Assembly: GCA_004524535.1 (NCBI GenBank)
Contig: SDNY01000012.1
Span: 1-44,788 of the forward strand
Source of the DNA: Promethearchaeota archaeon
GTDB lineage: Archaea > Asgardarchaeota > Lokiarchaeia > Sigyniarchaeales > SOKP01
Length of the DNA: 44,788 bases
Direction: 5' to 3'
Numbering within the stretch: the first letter of the stretch is position 1; each line of letters starts with the position of its first letter. Below, piece by piece: positions 8,601 to 18,080 of this stretch. Both the position numbers and the translations under genes were made by a program. The notes beneath the pieces are model-generated. The model was not told the origin of the DNA. It saw only the letters and a list, made by a program, of their open reading frames with translations, and searched no databases.

Positions 8601-8658
8601 TGACCTTTGCGAAGGTATCGGTGAAATAAAAATAAAAAATAAAAAATAAATTATAGAT

Positions 8659-9879
8659 CTATAATTTTTTTTCTCTTAACGCTCGAATCATAGGCAAGTC
8701 ATTTCCAGATAGAATTTCGAGCATGGCTCCACCTGCTGTAGATATGAATGAAACTTGATCATCTTTGCCAGACATTGCAGCCGCCGCTCCCATTTCCCCT
8801 CCGCCTATTATGGTTAAAGCTCCTTTTTTAGTGGCTTCCACCATTGCATCAACCATATCCATGGTAGCAGCTCTAAACACTTCTTTTTCAAATATGCCAG
8901 GAGGTCCATTTGCTACTATTGTTTTACATTTTAATATTACATCTTTAAAAGTTTCTACTGTTTTAGGTCCAATGTCCCCAGTGGTTGTATTTGCTGTTCC
9001 AGCTTCATCAATTGTAATCGCTTTTCTATTCCCATTATCATCAATAATTAAATCTTCAGGTAAGATTATCTTGTCTTTGTATTTATTATACGTTTCAATA
9101 ATCATATCCTTATTTGCTTCCAGATCCTTTGCCGTAATTTTAAGGTTAATCTCTCCCATGTCTTTACCTAACGCTTCAAAGATTAAGATAGCTGTTAATC
9201 CTGAGCATAAAGCATAATCTAATTTGTCATTGTCAAAATTGTATTTCATAGCTTTAAATTTATCGATTGCTTTTGCCCCTCCGATAAGCATCGCCATAGG
9301 TTTATCAGGTGCTTCCACTATTTTTTTTAAATTGTCTAATTCCTTATCAGTTATTGGGCCAGCTAGCATCTTAGGCCAACCTACGATAGATGCATGTGCT
9401 CGATGTGCTGCTCCAAAAGCATCCACTATAGCATAATCCACCAGGGGAAACAATGTCTTTATCAAATCAGTATTCTCTGCTTCGGAAAAATCTTTATATC
9501 CCTTCATTTCAGCTTCATATTTACGTATATTATTCAGTACTAAGACTTCTCCTGGTTTAAGATCTTTTATTGCATTGACAGCATCTTCACCATAAATATC
9601 CTTGACAAATTTTACGGGTTTACCAAGGAGTTTTTCGATTTCTTTAGCATGAATATCTAAATCGGTGAAATCATCCATACCTGGTCTTGATTGGTGAGCC
9701 ATAATAATTACAGCACTCTCATTGTAAATATCCTTCAAAAATGGAACCAATACTTCAATTCGAGGGGATTTGGTAATTTGCATCTTTTCTACATCTATGT
9801 TGGAATTGATATCCACCCGCATTATAAGCTTTTTTTTTTTTAAATCGACATCTTTATAGGATGTATAATCAATCTTCAT
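8659..9879 (-). CDS. pgk: Phosphoglycerate kinase
   Basis: RVDINS, AHQSRPG, DAFGAAHRAHAS, IGGAK, NGPPGIFE and STAGGA motifs. Confidence 0.95.
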   Translation of the reverse strand: MKIDYTSYKDVDLKKKKLIMRVDINSNIDVEKMQITKSPRIEVLVPFLKDIYNESAVIIMAHQSRPGMDDFTDLDIHAKEIEKLLGKPVKFVKDIYGEDAVNAIKDLKPGEVLVLNNIRKYEAEMKGYKDFSEAENTDLIKTLFPLVDYAIVDAFGAAHRAHASIVGWPKMLAGPITDKELDNLKKIVEAPDKPMAMLIGGAKAIDKFKAMKYNFDNDKLDYALCSGLTAILIFEALGKDMGEINLKITAKDLEANKDMIIETYNKYKDKIILPEDLIIDDNGNRKAITIDEAGTANTTTGDIGPKTVETFKDVILKCKTIVANGPPGIFEKEVFRAATMDMVDAMVEATKKGALTIIGGGEMGAAAAMSGKDDQVSFISTAGGAMLEILSGNDLPMIRALREKKL

Positions 9880-10031
9880 AATTCATCACTCTAGATTTTA
9901 TTAAGATTATATTTTATGATTATTTTGAATTCTTATTATCTTTTTTTATATTTAAAAAGAATAAAAGATTTAACTATTAAGTTAAATTGAAAGAAATTAT
10001 AATTAAAAGTTAAAATCTTATTTTTAACAGA

Positions 10032-10817
10032 TTGGTTATGGAGAATATTAAGGAAATTTTAAAAAAATTACTGGAAAAGGAATGTTCAATCGAAGAAGCT
10101 GAGAAACTTTTAAAAGCTAATTTAATAGAAGAAGTAGGAGATTTAGCAAAATTAGATGTTTTTCGAAAGACGAGGACTGGTGTCCCTGAAGTTATACTTG
10201 CTCAAAATAAAGAACGCAAAATTATTATTGATATTATTGAACGCTTTCTGAAAATAAATAAATTTGCTATAATCTCTCGATATATTGAAAAACAGAGGGA
10301 ATTTATTGTCGAAACCTTCGGAAATGAGGATAAATATGATATTGAGATAAATGAATTAGGTAAAATTATAATTATTAAAGAAAAATCATTTGATTTTCCT
10401 AAGAGAGGGGGGATTGTGGGGATAATCACTGCGGGAAGTTCAGATATTCTGGTTGCTGAGGAGGCAAAAACCACAGCAATAGCTATGGGATGTGAAGTAT
10501 TAACAAGCTATGATGTAGGAATAGCTGGTGTGCATAGAATTTTTGCGCCCCTCAGCGAAATGATCAAAAGAAATGTTCATGTGATTATTGTTTGTGCCGG
10601 AATGGAGGGAACTTTACCTGGAGTTGTTGCTGCATTAGTAGATATACCAGTTATAGGCGTTCCCATTTCTAGTGGTTATGGACTTGGTGAAAAAGGGAAA
10701 GGAGCACTTACAACTATGTTACAATCCTGTTCTCCTGGCTTATTAGTTGTAAATATTGATAATGGTTTCGGAGCTGGTGCTTCTGCTGCTTTAATTGCTA
10801 ATAAAATAGTAAAATAG
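10032..10817 (+). CDS. larB: Nickel-pincer cofactor biosynthesis protein LarB (PurE-like)
   Basis: RTGVPEVI, AGSSDILVAEEA, DVGIAGVHR, AGMEGTLP, PISSGYG, SCSPG...VNIDNGFGAG. Confidence 0.92.
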   Translation: MVMENIKEILKKLLEKECSIEEAEKLLKANLIEEVGDLAKLDVFRKTRTGVPEVILAQNKERKIIIDIIERFLKINKFAIISRYIEKQREFIVETFGNEDKYDIEINELGKIIIIKEKSFDFPKRGGIVGIITAGSSDILVAEEAKTTAIAMGCEVLTSYDVGIAGVHRIFAPLSEMIKRNVHVIIVCAGMEGTLPGVVAALVDIPVIGVPISSGYGLGEKGKGALTTMLQSCSPGLLVVNIDNGFGAGASAALIANKIVK

Positions 10818-11016
10818 CTTTAATATAATAATTACAGCTTTAGAATGGGATTTAAAAGAGAACTTTTTTTATAAAATGGGAATAAAATGGGTATATTCAA
10901 ATAAGCTTTTGATTAAACAAAAGTTCATTAAACTTAAATAGATGTTTAAATATATGTATTATTGGACTAATTTTTAATTAAAATCTAATTTAAAAAAAAA
11001 TTAATAAGCATTCAAG

Positions 11017-11556
11017 TTGAGACCAATGGTCGCAATTATGAACAACAGTTTTTTTGAACAATCTAAGTCTTTTTTTGAAGATGGTGATATCAAGAATACA
11101 TTAGAAACGTACGAGAAGGCTATTTCTTATATTGATCCAAAGGAGAAATCGAGTTATCTCCAATTCTTAAACCAGATTCTAAGTTATTGTAGGGAAAACA
11201 ATCTAAAAGAAGAGGAAGCGGTAGTTTTAAGATCTTTAGGCAGAACTCATTCCATCTTTAAGCAATATGTTGAAAGCTTAAAGTATCATGAAGAATCTTT
11301 AAAGATTCAACGAGAATTAGGGAATAAAATAGATGTTGCTGAAGGATTATTGTATCTTGCCGAGGATCTTGAAGTTTCTGGTAATTATGAAAATTGTATT
11401 AGAGCTTTTCAAGATGCAGAAGAATTATTTCGAGAACTTGGAAAACTACGAAAAGCAAAAGAAATTAAAAAAGAACTCTCGCGCTTAAAGGATTTTTCAA
11501 AGCAAATGGTTGAGGATGAATACTACCTTAAAGAATTCAATATAGATAAATATTAA
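11017..11556 (+). CDS. Tetratricopeptide-repeat protein
   Basis: TPR-like helices (LRSLGRTHS...SLKYHEESLKIQRELGN...AEGLLYLA); true start may be a downstream ATG. Confidence 0.8.
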   Translation: MRPMVAIMNNSFFEQSKSFFEDGDIKNTLETYEKAISYIDPKEKSSYLQFLNQILSYCRENNLKEEEAVVLRSLGRTHSIFKQYVESLKYHEESLKIQRELGNKIDVAEGLLYLAEDLEVSGNYENCIRAFQDAEELFRELGKLRKAKEIKKELSRLKDFSKQMVEDEYYLKEFNIDKY

Positions 11557-11596
11557 GCTAGCATTGTCAACCAAAATTATTTTTTTATTTTTTTAT

Positions 11597-12937
11597 TTAA
11601 TGGTTATTCTTTTTATATTTATAAAAAAACTGCTCAATTTTTGCTTGAGTGAAAAATAGAATTTCTTTTAATGAAAGTCCTGAATCCTCAGCAATTCTTC
11701 TAAGGTCTTCATTTTCTGGCTTAATATTCACTATCTTCCTTTCTTTTTCAGTATCAATATAAGAGATTTTATATTTTAAAGCATAGATTTTTCCATTTAT
11801 TTCAATATCAGTGTTTTCAATTTTTCTCTCAACGCAGACTCGGCTTATCGTATTGAATCTTACTCCTAAAGTTCCTAACTCATATAAGAATTTTTCAATA
11901 ATTTTAAATTTATATTCAGGTTGACATAATACCTTAATATTATGACTCGGTCTATTTTTTTTTGTAATACTTGGAATAATTTGTATATCTAATATATCTT
12001 CTTTTTCTAACGTTTTAATGAAGTTTCCGATTACCTCCCCTGAAACATCGTCAACATTAGTTTCTAAAACTGTGATTGGTTCTATATAATCTTTTAAAGG
12101 GTGAGATTCAATGAGAATTTCTTCTTCCTCCATCTCTCCATAATATAACCGCAAGATATTTAAAAAATTATTAAATTCCTTTTGCCCCGTACTGTATATC
12201 ACTTTTTTAAGTCTCGCTTCACATGGAAAATTCATTGTATTTAAATTCGCTAACAATGCCGCTCCCGTAGGAGTTACCAATTCATTCTCAATTGGACCAC
12301 TATATACAATTAAATTTGATTTTTCTAAAATTTTCAAAGTTGCGGGAGCTGGTATTGGTAAAATTCCATGGGCTGTTTTAATTGTACCACCACCTAAAGG
12401 TAATTTACTGCAAAATATTTTAAAATTATTATTGAAAGCACCTATTGTTTCCAATGCTCTTGACACCCCAATAATATCTATTAATGTATCAATAGAACTT
12501 AACTCATGCAAATGTAAATTTTCAATTAGTTCACCGTGGATCTCTGCTTCAGCTTGAATTAATGTATTTAATACATTATTAGCGTAATTTTTAGCTTCAT
12601 TTGTCAAATTATTATCTTCCAGAAATTTATTTAACGAGAATTTTAAAACGTTTGCTGTTCGATGATGCTTATTTTCTTTAATATCTATTTTAAGTTTATT
12701 TAATTTAATCCCTGATCGCTTAATATTTACTAAATCTATTTGTAATTTGGACACACCTGGAAGGTAATCTTTCAATGTTTTTAATTCATTTAATAAAGTA
12801 TCTGAATCTGGAACAAACCCTAAAAGTGAAGCTAAAAACATGTCACCCGATATTCCAGAATTAATCGCATCGATATATAATAATTTCATTTTGATAGTAG
12901 TTTTTTTTATTGAATACATTAGAATTTTTATGAGCAA
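11597..12937 (-). CDS. larC: Nickel-pincer cofactor biosynthesis protein LarC (nickel insertase)
   Basis: GISGDM, AEAEIHG, HLHEL, AHGILPIPAPAT, ELVTPTGAA, LETNVDD, KKNRP; likely start is ATG at 12889 (MKLLYIDA). Confidence 0.92.
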   Translation of the reverse strand: MLIKILMYSIKKTTIKMKLLYIDAINSGISGDMFLASLLGFVPDSDTLLNELKTLKDYLPGVSKLQIDLVNIKRSGIKLNKLKIDIKENKHHRTANVLKFSLNKFLEDNNLTNEAKNYANNVLNTLIQAEAEIHGELIENLHLHELSSIDTLIDIIGVSRALETIGAFNNNFKIFCSKLPLGGGTIKTAHGILPIPAPATLKILEKSNLIVYSGPIENELVTPTGAALLANLNTMNFPCEARLKKVIYSTGQKEFNNFLNILRLYYGEMEEEEILIESHPLKDYIEPITVLETNVDDVSGEVIGNFIKTLEKEDILDIQIIPSITKKNRPSHNIKVLCQPEYKFKIIEKFLYELGTLGVRFNTISRVCVERKIENTDIEINGKIYALKYKISYIDTEKERKIVNIKPENEDLRRIAEDSGLSLKEILFFTQAKIEQFFYKYKKNNH

Positions 12938-13049
12938 TAAAACACAAATAAAGAATAACTAAAAATAATTATATTGATATGTTTATAATAAATATAAGAA
13001 ATTAGAAAAAATAAAATTAGACATTTAATTATTAGATTCGATTTAAAAA

Positions 13050-13787
13050 ATGTCAGAACTTCAAACTTTAAAATGTTATTTGAATCAAGTACCTGCGACG
13101 ATAATTCAATTATTAGGTCTTAAACCCCCATTAAATACGATTTCTGAACCGGTTCAATCAATATTAGAGATGTATCAGGATATTGAACGAATAAGTATTA
13201 ACATGATAGATAACTTTGGTTTATTTGAAATTACTTACCATAAACCTCAATTTATGATAACTAACTCTGAAGTAATGTTGCTTTTAAGTACCAAAAATCC
13301 TTATACATTAGGCGTTTTGCACCAATTGATGTTTGGTGGTTTTGAAATTGAACCTAACGGTTTTCATTTACTAAGATATCTTAACGATAACGGTAAAAAT
13401 TCGTGCTTTATTGCGAGAAAAAAAGATTTGGAGCGTTATGATGGGGGAACTCTCTCAATCTCTAAAGACACTGATATGTCTACATGGGTGGAATCTGCCA
13501 AAACAATTAATAAATACACATTATCATGGATGCATTATTTGGATTTTGAAAACCTTCACAAACAACAACAAAAGTTGAAACAAAGAACCCCCGAAGATTT
13601 GATTCAAAAATTAATCCTCCGTACTGATAAATGGATTTTAAGCAATTACAAACAACTTAGAAGAAAATCTTTAATGATTATCCTCGGTGACCATGGGAGA
13701 TCTAAATTAAATCTTGAGTATTCTGGTAAAATCGCTCAGTGGCGTGAAGCAAGTGTACCGATCGCTATTTTTATAAGAAAGCCTTAA
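13050..13787 (+). CDS. Alkaline-phosphatase-superfamily-like protein (compact, divergent)
   Basis: IDNFG (cf. DGxG), YLDFENLH, ILGDHG and VPIAIF resemble AP-superfamily metal-binding segments. Confidence 0.5.
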   Translation: MSELQTLKCYLNQVPATIIQLLGLKPPLNTISEPVQSILEMYQDIERISINMIDNFGLFEITYHKPQFMITNSEVMLLLSTKNPYTLGVLHQLMFGGFEIEPNGFHLLRYLNDNGKNSCFIARKKDLERYDGGTLSISKDTDMSTWVESAKTINKYTLSWMHYLDFENLHKQQQKLKQRTPEDLIQKLILRTDKWILSNYKQLRRKSLMIILGDHGRSKLNLEYSGKIAQWREASVPIAIFIRKP

Positions 13788-13845
13788 TGGACTCTATTTA
13801 ATAATTTAATATATTTTAATTTAATAAAGGAAAAAATGAATCTAG

Positions 13846-14406
13846 ATGGAAGAAGATAAGGAAGATTATAAGCGATTCACTGTTTCTCTTCCACAAAAAT
13901 TATACGAAGCCTTCGAGTCTTTTAGAAAAAAAAAAAAATGGGCAAGATCCGAAAGCATTAGAAAGGCTATGAAATCTTTCATGATTAGCGAAGAAAATAT
14001 AGCTGAATCGTCAGGAAACGTTGCAGGATGCATCACAATGATTATGGCTCATGAACATATCAAAGAGATGGATGACCGTGATGATCTTGCTTTTGACCTA
14101 AATAATGAACATGATCACGATCATGACCACCAACACGCTCATGAATATATTTCTAAACCTATTTACGCAAATATTCAACAAACTGATTCCCTTTTATCAA
14201 AAGATATCCAGCATCATTATGGAGATGTTATTCTTTCAACTTTACATGTCCATTTAGAGTTTGAAAAATGTATGGAAATTATCGCAGTATCAGGATCCTA
14301 TGAGAGAGTAAAAAATTTAAGGGACGACCTTCAAAGATTAAAGAGCGTGTTATCAATTGGATTTTTTGTTGTTGATAAAGAAGATAGCGTTGATTCAATC
14401 GAATAA
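13846..14406 (+). CDS. nikR: NikR-like nickel-responsive regulator (RHH plus Ni-binding domain) with His-rich insertion
   Basis: RFTVSLP...RSESIRKA ribbon-helix-helix; IQHH...STLHVHL...CMEII gives the H,H,H,C nickel ligands. Confidence 0.85.
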   Translation: MEEDKEDYKRFTVSLPQKLYEAFESFRKKKKWARSESIRKAMKSFMISEENIAESSGNVAGCITMIMAHEHIKEMDDRDDLAFDLNNEHDHDHDHQHAHEYISKPIYANIQQTDSLLSKDIQHHYGDVILSTLHVHLEFEKCMEIIAVSGSYERVKNLRDDLQRLKSVLSIGFFVVDKEDSVDSIE

Positions 14407-14422
14407 TGGATTAAAAAAAGTG

Positions 14423-14501
14423 TAATAAGAATAAAGTTTTCCTATTCTCTAAAAAAGGGTTATCTGATAAGGCGATTGGAAGGAAAGTTTATTCTTTATT
14501 A
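14423..14501 (+). other. Long imperfect inverted repeat / stem-loop downstream of nikR (possible terminator or structured RNA)
   Basis: TAATAA-GAATAAA-G-TTTTCCT (14423-14443) pairs with AGGAAAG-TTTATTC-T-TTATTA (14481-14501): 20 bp with one G-U and two single-nt bulges. Confidence 0.45.
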
Positions 14502-14642
14502 GGTTAGGTGTGTGTTAATTATTATTTGTTTAATCTGTAATTTATATTCTAATACTGCTATAATTTACTAATTTATATTAAAAAATAAAAAGAAAATTAG
14601 AATTAGAAAAAAAAAGAAAAATTAAATTATTAAATTAATTCA

Positions 14643-14849
14643 TTATAAATCCTTTTCTTGAACGGTCTTTCTGCCATTAGCTTTAGCCCTGCTTATTGCT
14701 TTATCGAGAACGTCGATAATCGCATCGTTAAGAGAAGCTCCATCGATTACATCTCCACTCGTATTGCATCCTTTCGATTTAATATATTCTCGAACTTTAC
14801 TCTTAACAAAAAGGGCCTCGGCCTTGGCTCCTGCTGCCTTTTTAGCCAT
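14643..14849 (-). CDS. Short histone-fold protein (truncated-alpha3 type) with Lys/Ala N-terminal tail
   Basis: LFVKSKVREYIK (alpha1), NTSGD loop, long alpha2 ending KAISRAKANG, then RKTVQEKDL. Confidence 0.85.
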   Translation of the reverse strand: MAKKAAGAKAEALFVKSKVREYIKSKGCNTSGDVIDGASLNDAIIDVLDKAISRAKANGRKTVQEKDL

Positions 14850-15322
14850 TTTTATATTCCTCCATTATTGTTTTAGATATAATTTAAAAATAAATTTAAA
14901 ATTATTTTAAATTTAAATATTGATTAGTTAAGCTTGTTTTTAAACTTTAAGGTTAAACCATCATAGAATGTTAATAATGTGGGTCTAAATGCATTTTTTA
15001 GTTACACAAAATAATTCAAAAATGTAAGCGGAATAAATCATTTTACGAAAAAACACGAATATATATCATTGATCTCATTGTAGAGCTAACTCTTTTGAAT
15101 AATTATCTTAAATTTAACATAATTTACAATTAGAATAATTTTTAAAGAGTTGCATTGAGATTGAAAATTGGTGAAATTTTAAAAGAAATTACAGAGAAAA
15201 ATAAATCAAAGATTACTTAATATTTTAAAAAAGACGAAATTAGATTTTCCTAAAAATTAAAAAATTCATAAAAATGGAAAAAAAAATTAAAAAAAAAATA
15301 ATATTATAAATTTCGTTATATT

Positions 15323-17059
15323 TTACATCCGTTTCTTTTTCATGATGACATAGATAAGTGCAACGGCAGAAATTGCGGCTGAGGCTAATAAGATCGTAAC
15401 CTCATACCCAGGAATAAGTGGAGCAATACTTTCGATCTTGTAGAATGTATCAGAACCCTCAAATTCAATTGAAATTTGACCTCCTGTATCACCATAAGTA
15501 TAGATTATCTTATAGTCTTCACGAGAATCATAAAGCAGAGGATCAACTTCTACTGTCTCAGGAACATCATATATATCTTTTGCCCATTCATATTTTACAG
15601 TGACAATTCTTCCCTCAACTGTAATACCACCATTATTTAAATCATCCTTCCACTCCATTCCATCAATTTCTAAATCATCTCCCCAGATCGCATCGCCATC
15701 AATATCGAAATCATCGATTATTTTCTCAAGGTATTTATCCACAGGTTGCATGGCATATAATCCTTCTTCAAATAAGAGAGCCAAGAATTCTTTCTTCTGT
15801 AATGGGATTACATCTAGGATGAAATATTTAATATAATTGAGTCCGGCAGGAAACCCCAGATATTGTTGAATAAGAGTATCGCCACTCGCATTAAGAAGAG
15901 CTTCAAGATATAGGTCAACTAAATTTCCAGTCTCACATGCTTTATAAAATAAAGCTTTCTTATCTTTAAAAGCATCATTCGCTTTTAATCTATCACTGAT
16001 TGATTTGTTAGCTATGTCCCAGAAAAGGCTTTGATTTTCAGCCCTACCTTGATATTCCATTGACCCTGCTTTAAAATCCTTAAATATCCTTCTCATTTGT
16101 TGTATTCCTTCTATGATCTGATCAACCATAAAAAGTTGGCGCTGCCAGTATGAGCTAAATTGCTTATATAACTCGAGATAGTCATGTGGATCCTTTAGAA
16201 TAGCAAGAATCTCTTTTTTTTCATCTGGATCGGATTCATAATCCCCATCCTTGACAAAATCCCAAGAATCTATTTCAACTTCAGTTCCTGTGTATTCCTT
16301 AGCAAAGGTTTCTTTGGATTCCTCTTCGCTTAATACACCAACTTCTGATCTCCAGTGAGTGAAATCTGACCAATTAGCGATTACCCAGGGACTGGATTCA
16401 TTATAATTACCTAAGACAGTATCACCAAAATCAAATACTTTTGTTCCCGGATTGTTCGGATCTTCGGTATCATATATTACCTTTGTTAAAATTTCTAGAT
16501 ACGAAAATGGTGCACAACTATCAGCAGCACCATTTGATACAGTAAAATTTACAGGCCAACCTGGATCAATAACAACCTCTAGTTTGTTTGGATCTTGGTT
16601 TACTGAATCATTTCTCCATGCTGCTTCCGCTAAGATCTCATCTATCTTTTCACCCACAGACCAATATTCTGCAAGTTCTTTTCCCATAATTGTTAGTGGC
16701 ATACCCTTTTCGTCAGTTGGTAAATCTCTTGTCATTAAGTGATCCGCGAAGAAATTAATCTTTACGCCGTCCCAGTCATTAATTTTGATTTTTGATTTTG
16801 CGCCAACTTCATCTGCATCCCCGCCAATTTTTTCTGAAACCTTATCATTATTATCATCGCCTAAATGTTCACCCCATGCATCCTTATCATATATTTTAAC
16901 TTCTCTCTCCACTTCCGTTCCCCTTGCTTGTTCTGGTATACCTAATTTCCAATGAGCACCAGCAGCAGGTTGAGCCACCATTGATACAGTGCTTAGTATA
17001 AAAATGGATGTAAAAATTAGGGCATATAAAATTCTTTTATTCATATTGCTTTCATCCAA
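15323..17059 (-). CDS. Acidic cell-surface protein with signal peptide and IPGY-type (Loki-CTERM-like) sorting signal
   Basis: MNKRILYALIF...AQPAAG signal peptide; C-terminal IPGYE plus TM helix plus KKKRM; several N-x-S/T sequons (NDS, NFT, NES, NWS, NQS, NKS, NAS). Confidence 0.8.
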   Translation of the reverse strand: MDESNMNKRILYALIFTSIFILSTVSMVAQPAAGAHWKLGIPEQARGTEVEREVKIYDKDAWGEHLGDDNNDKVSEKIGGDADEVGAKSKIKINDWDGVKINFFADHLMTRDLPTDEKGMPLTIMGKELAEYWSVGEKIDEILAEAAWRNDSVNQDPNKLEVVIDPGWPVNFTVSNGAADSCAPFSYLEILTKVIYDTEDPNNPGTKVFDFGDTVLGNYNESSPWVIANWSDFTHWRSEVGVLSEEESKETFAKEYTGTEVEIDSWDFVKDGDYESDPDEKKEILAILKDPHDYLELYKQFSSYWQRQLFMVDQIIEGIQQMRRIFKDFKAGSMEYQGRAENQSLFWDIANKSISDRLKANDAFKDKKALFYKACETGNLVDLYLEALLNASGDTLIQQYLGFPAGLNYIKYFILDVIPLQKKEFLALLFEEGLYAMQPVDKYLEKIIDDFDIDGDAIWGDDLEIDGMEWKDDLNNGGITVEGRIVTVKYEWAKDIYDVPETVEVDPLLYDSREDYKIIYTYGDTGGQISIEFEGSDTFYKIESIAPLIPGYEVTILLASAAISAVALIYVIMKKKRM

Positions 17060-17270
17060 TTTTTTTTACAATTTTTATTTAAAATAAATTATATTATATT
17101 AATTTTTAATACTAATCTTTTTAAATGTATCGATTAGCAATTTAAAAAATAAATGGTTTTAATAATTAATTTTTCATAACTTATTAATTAGTTAATGAAC
17201 TTTTGAATTCTAAACTCAATTCTTTACATGAAAAATCGAGCTTTTTATATTCTAAGTTTAAAAAAATAAT

Positions 17271-18074
17271 ATGATCATCGAAGATAAAACCAAAGCACGA
17301 TTTAAAATAAAAAGATCTGTGTTTAAAAAGAACATCCATACCTTATTTATATTCAATAAGTCTGGAATCTGTTTATATAGTCGAAATTTTACAACTTCTT
17401 ACGAGATAGAAAGTAAACAACTTATAAGTTCCTTTTTTACCGCTCTAATGTCGTTTACAAGGGAGCTTTTGAAAAATGAAGTAAAGATTATAGAAATGAC
17501 GGATGTAAAATTAGTTGTATTTGAAAAAAATACATTTTATTATGGTTTTTTAACAGAAGCAACTGAAAATATTATTTTCTTAGATGAAGTCGCCTCAAAA
17601 ATTAATTCTCAATTTATTGATTATATCAGTAGGAATAATATTGATATCAACATGGAATACATTCATGATGAAAGATTTGACCTCGAGATTGGCGACCTAA
17701 TAAAGGATATCTTAAGCTCCGAATTTGATTTACGAAAAGAACAGAAAATTATTGAATTTTTAAACGAAATCTCTTTAAATACAGAAATAAAGGGAATAAT
17801 TTTATTAACTGATAAAGGCCGAGTGATTTATACTACATTTAATAAGATAGATCTACGAAATTTTTCAAAAGAAGTTGATTTTCGAGTCAAAATCTGTAAT
17901 AATTCAATTTTAAAATTATTCTATACATCTAAAAACAAAGAACTTATTTTTTCTGATTATATCGAAGATTTGTATTTTGTAATTTTAATTTTTGATACAA
18001 GGACAAAATTCGGTGTTGCTGAATATTATTTACAAAAGGTTGTGAATTTTACTAAGAAAACTTTAAGCTATTGA
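17271..18074 (+). CDS. Longin-like domain fused to a roadblock/longin-like second domain
   Basis: LFIFNKSGICLYSRNF...LISSFFTALMSF is longin-like; IKGIILLTDKGRVIY is roadblock/profilin-like. Confidence 0.65.
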   Translation: MIIEDKTKARFKIKRSVFKKNIHTLFIFNKSGICLYSRNFTTSYEIESKQLISSFFTALMSFTRELLKNEVKIIEMTDVKLVVFEKNTFYYGFLTEATENIIFLDEVASKINSQFIDYISRNNIDINMEYIHDERFDLEIGDLIKDILSSEFDLRKEQKIIEFLNEISLNTEIKGIILLTDKGRVIYTTFNKIDLRNFSKEVDFRVKICNNSILKLFYTSKNKELIFSDYIEDLYFVILIFDTRTKFGVAEYYLQKVVNFTKKTLSY

Positions 18075-18080
18075 TGATTT

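Noticed and set aside
10844-10891. Three short AATGGG repeats after larB
   Set aside because: Too short and irregularly spaced for CRISPR or a convincing operator in AT-rich DNA.
13926-13938. A13 homopolymer in nikR as a phase-variation tract
   Set aside because: In frame (RKKKK), and long A/T runs are common throughout this window; no read data show slippage.
18072-18074. Other TGA-terminated ORFs (ends at 18074, 28824, 41478) as selenoproteins
   Set aside because: No Cys/redox context, proteins look complete at the TGA, and no AUGA/GA hairpin noticed downstream.
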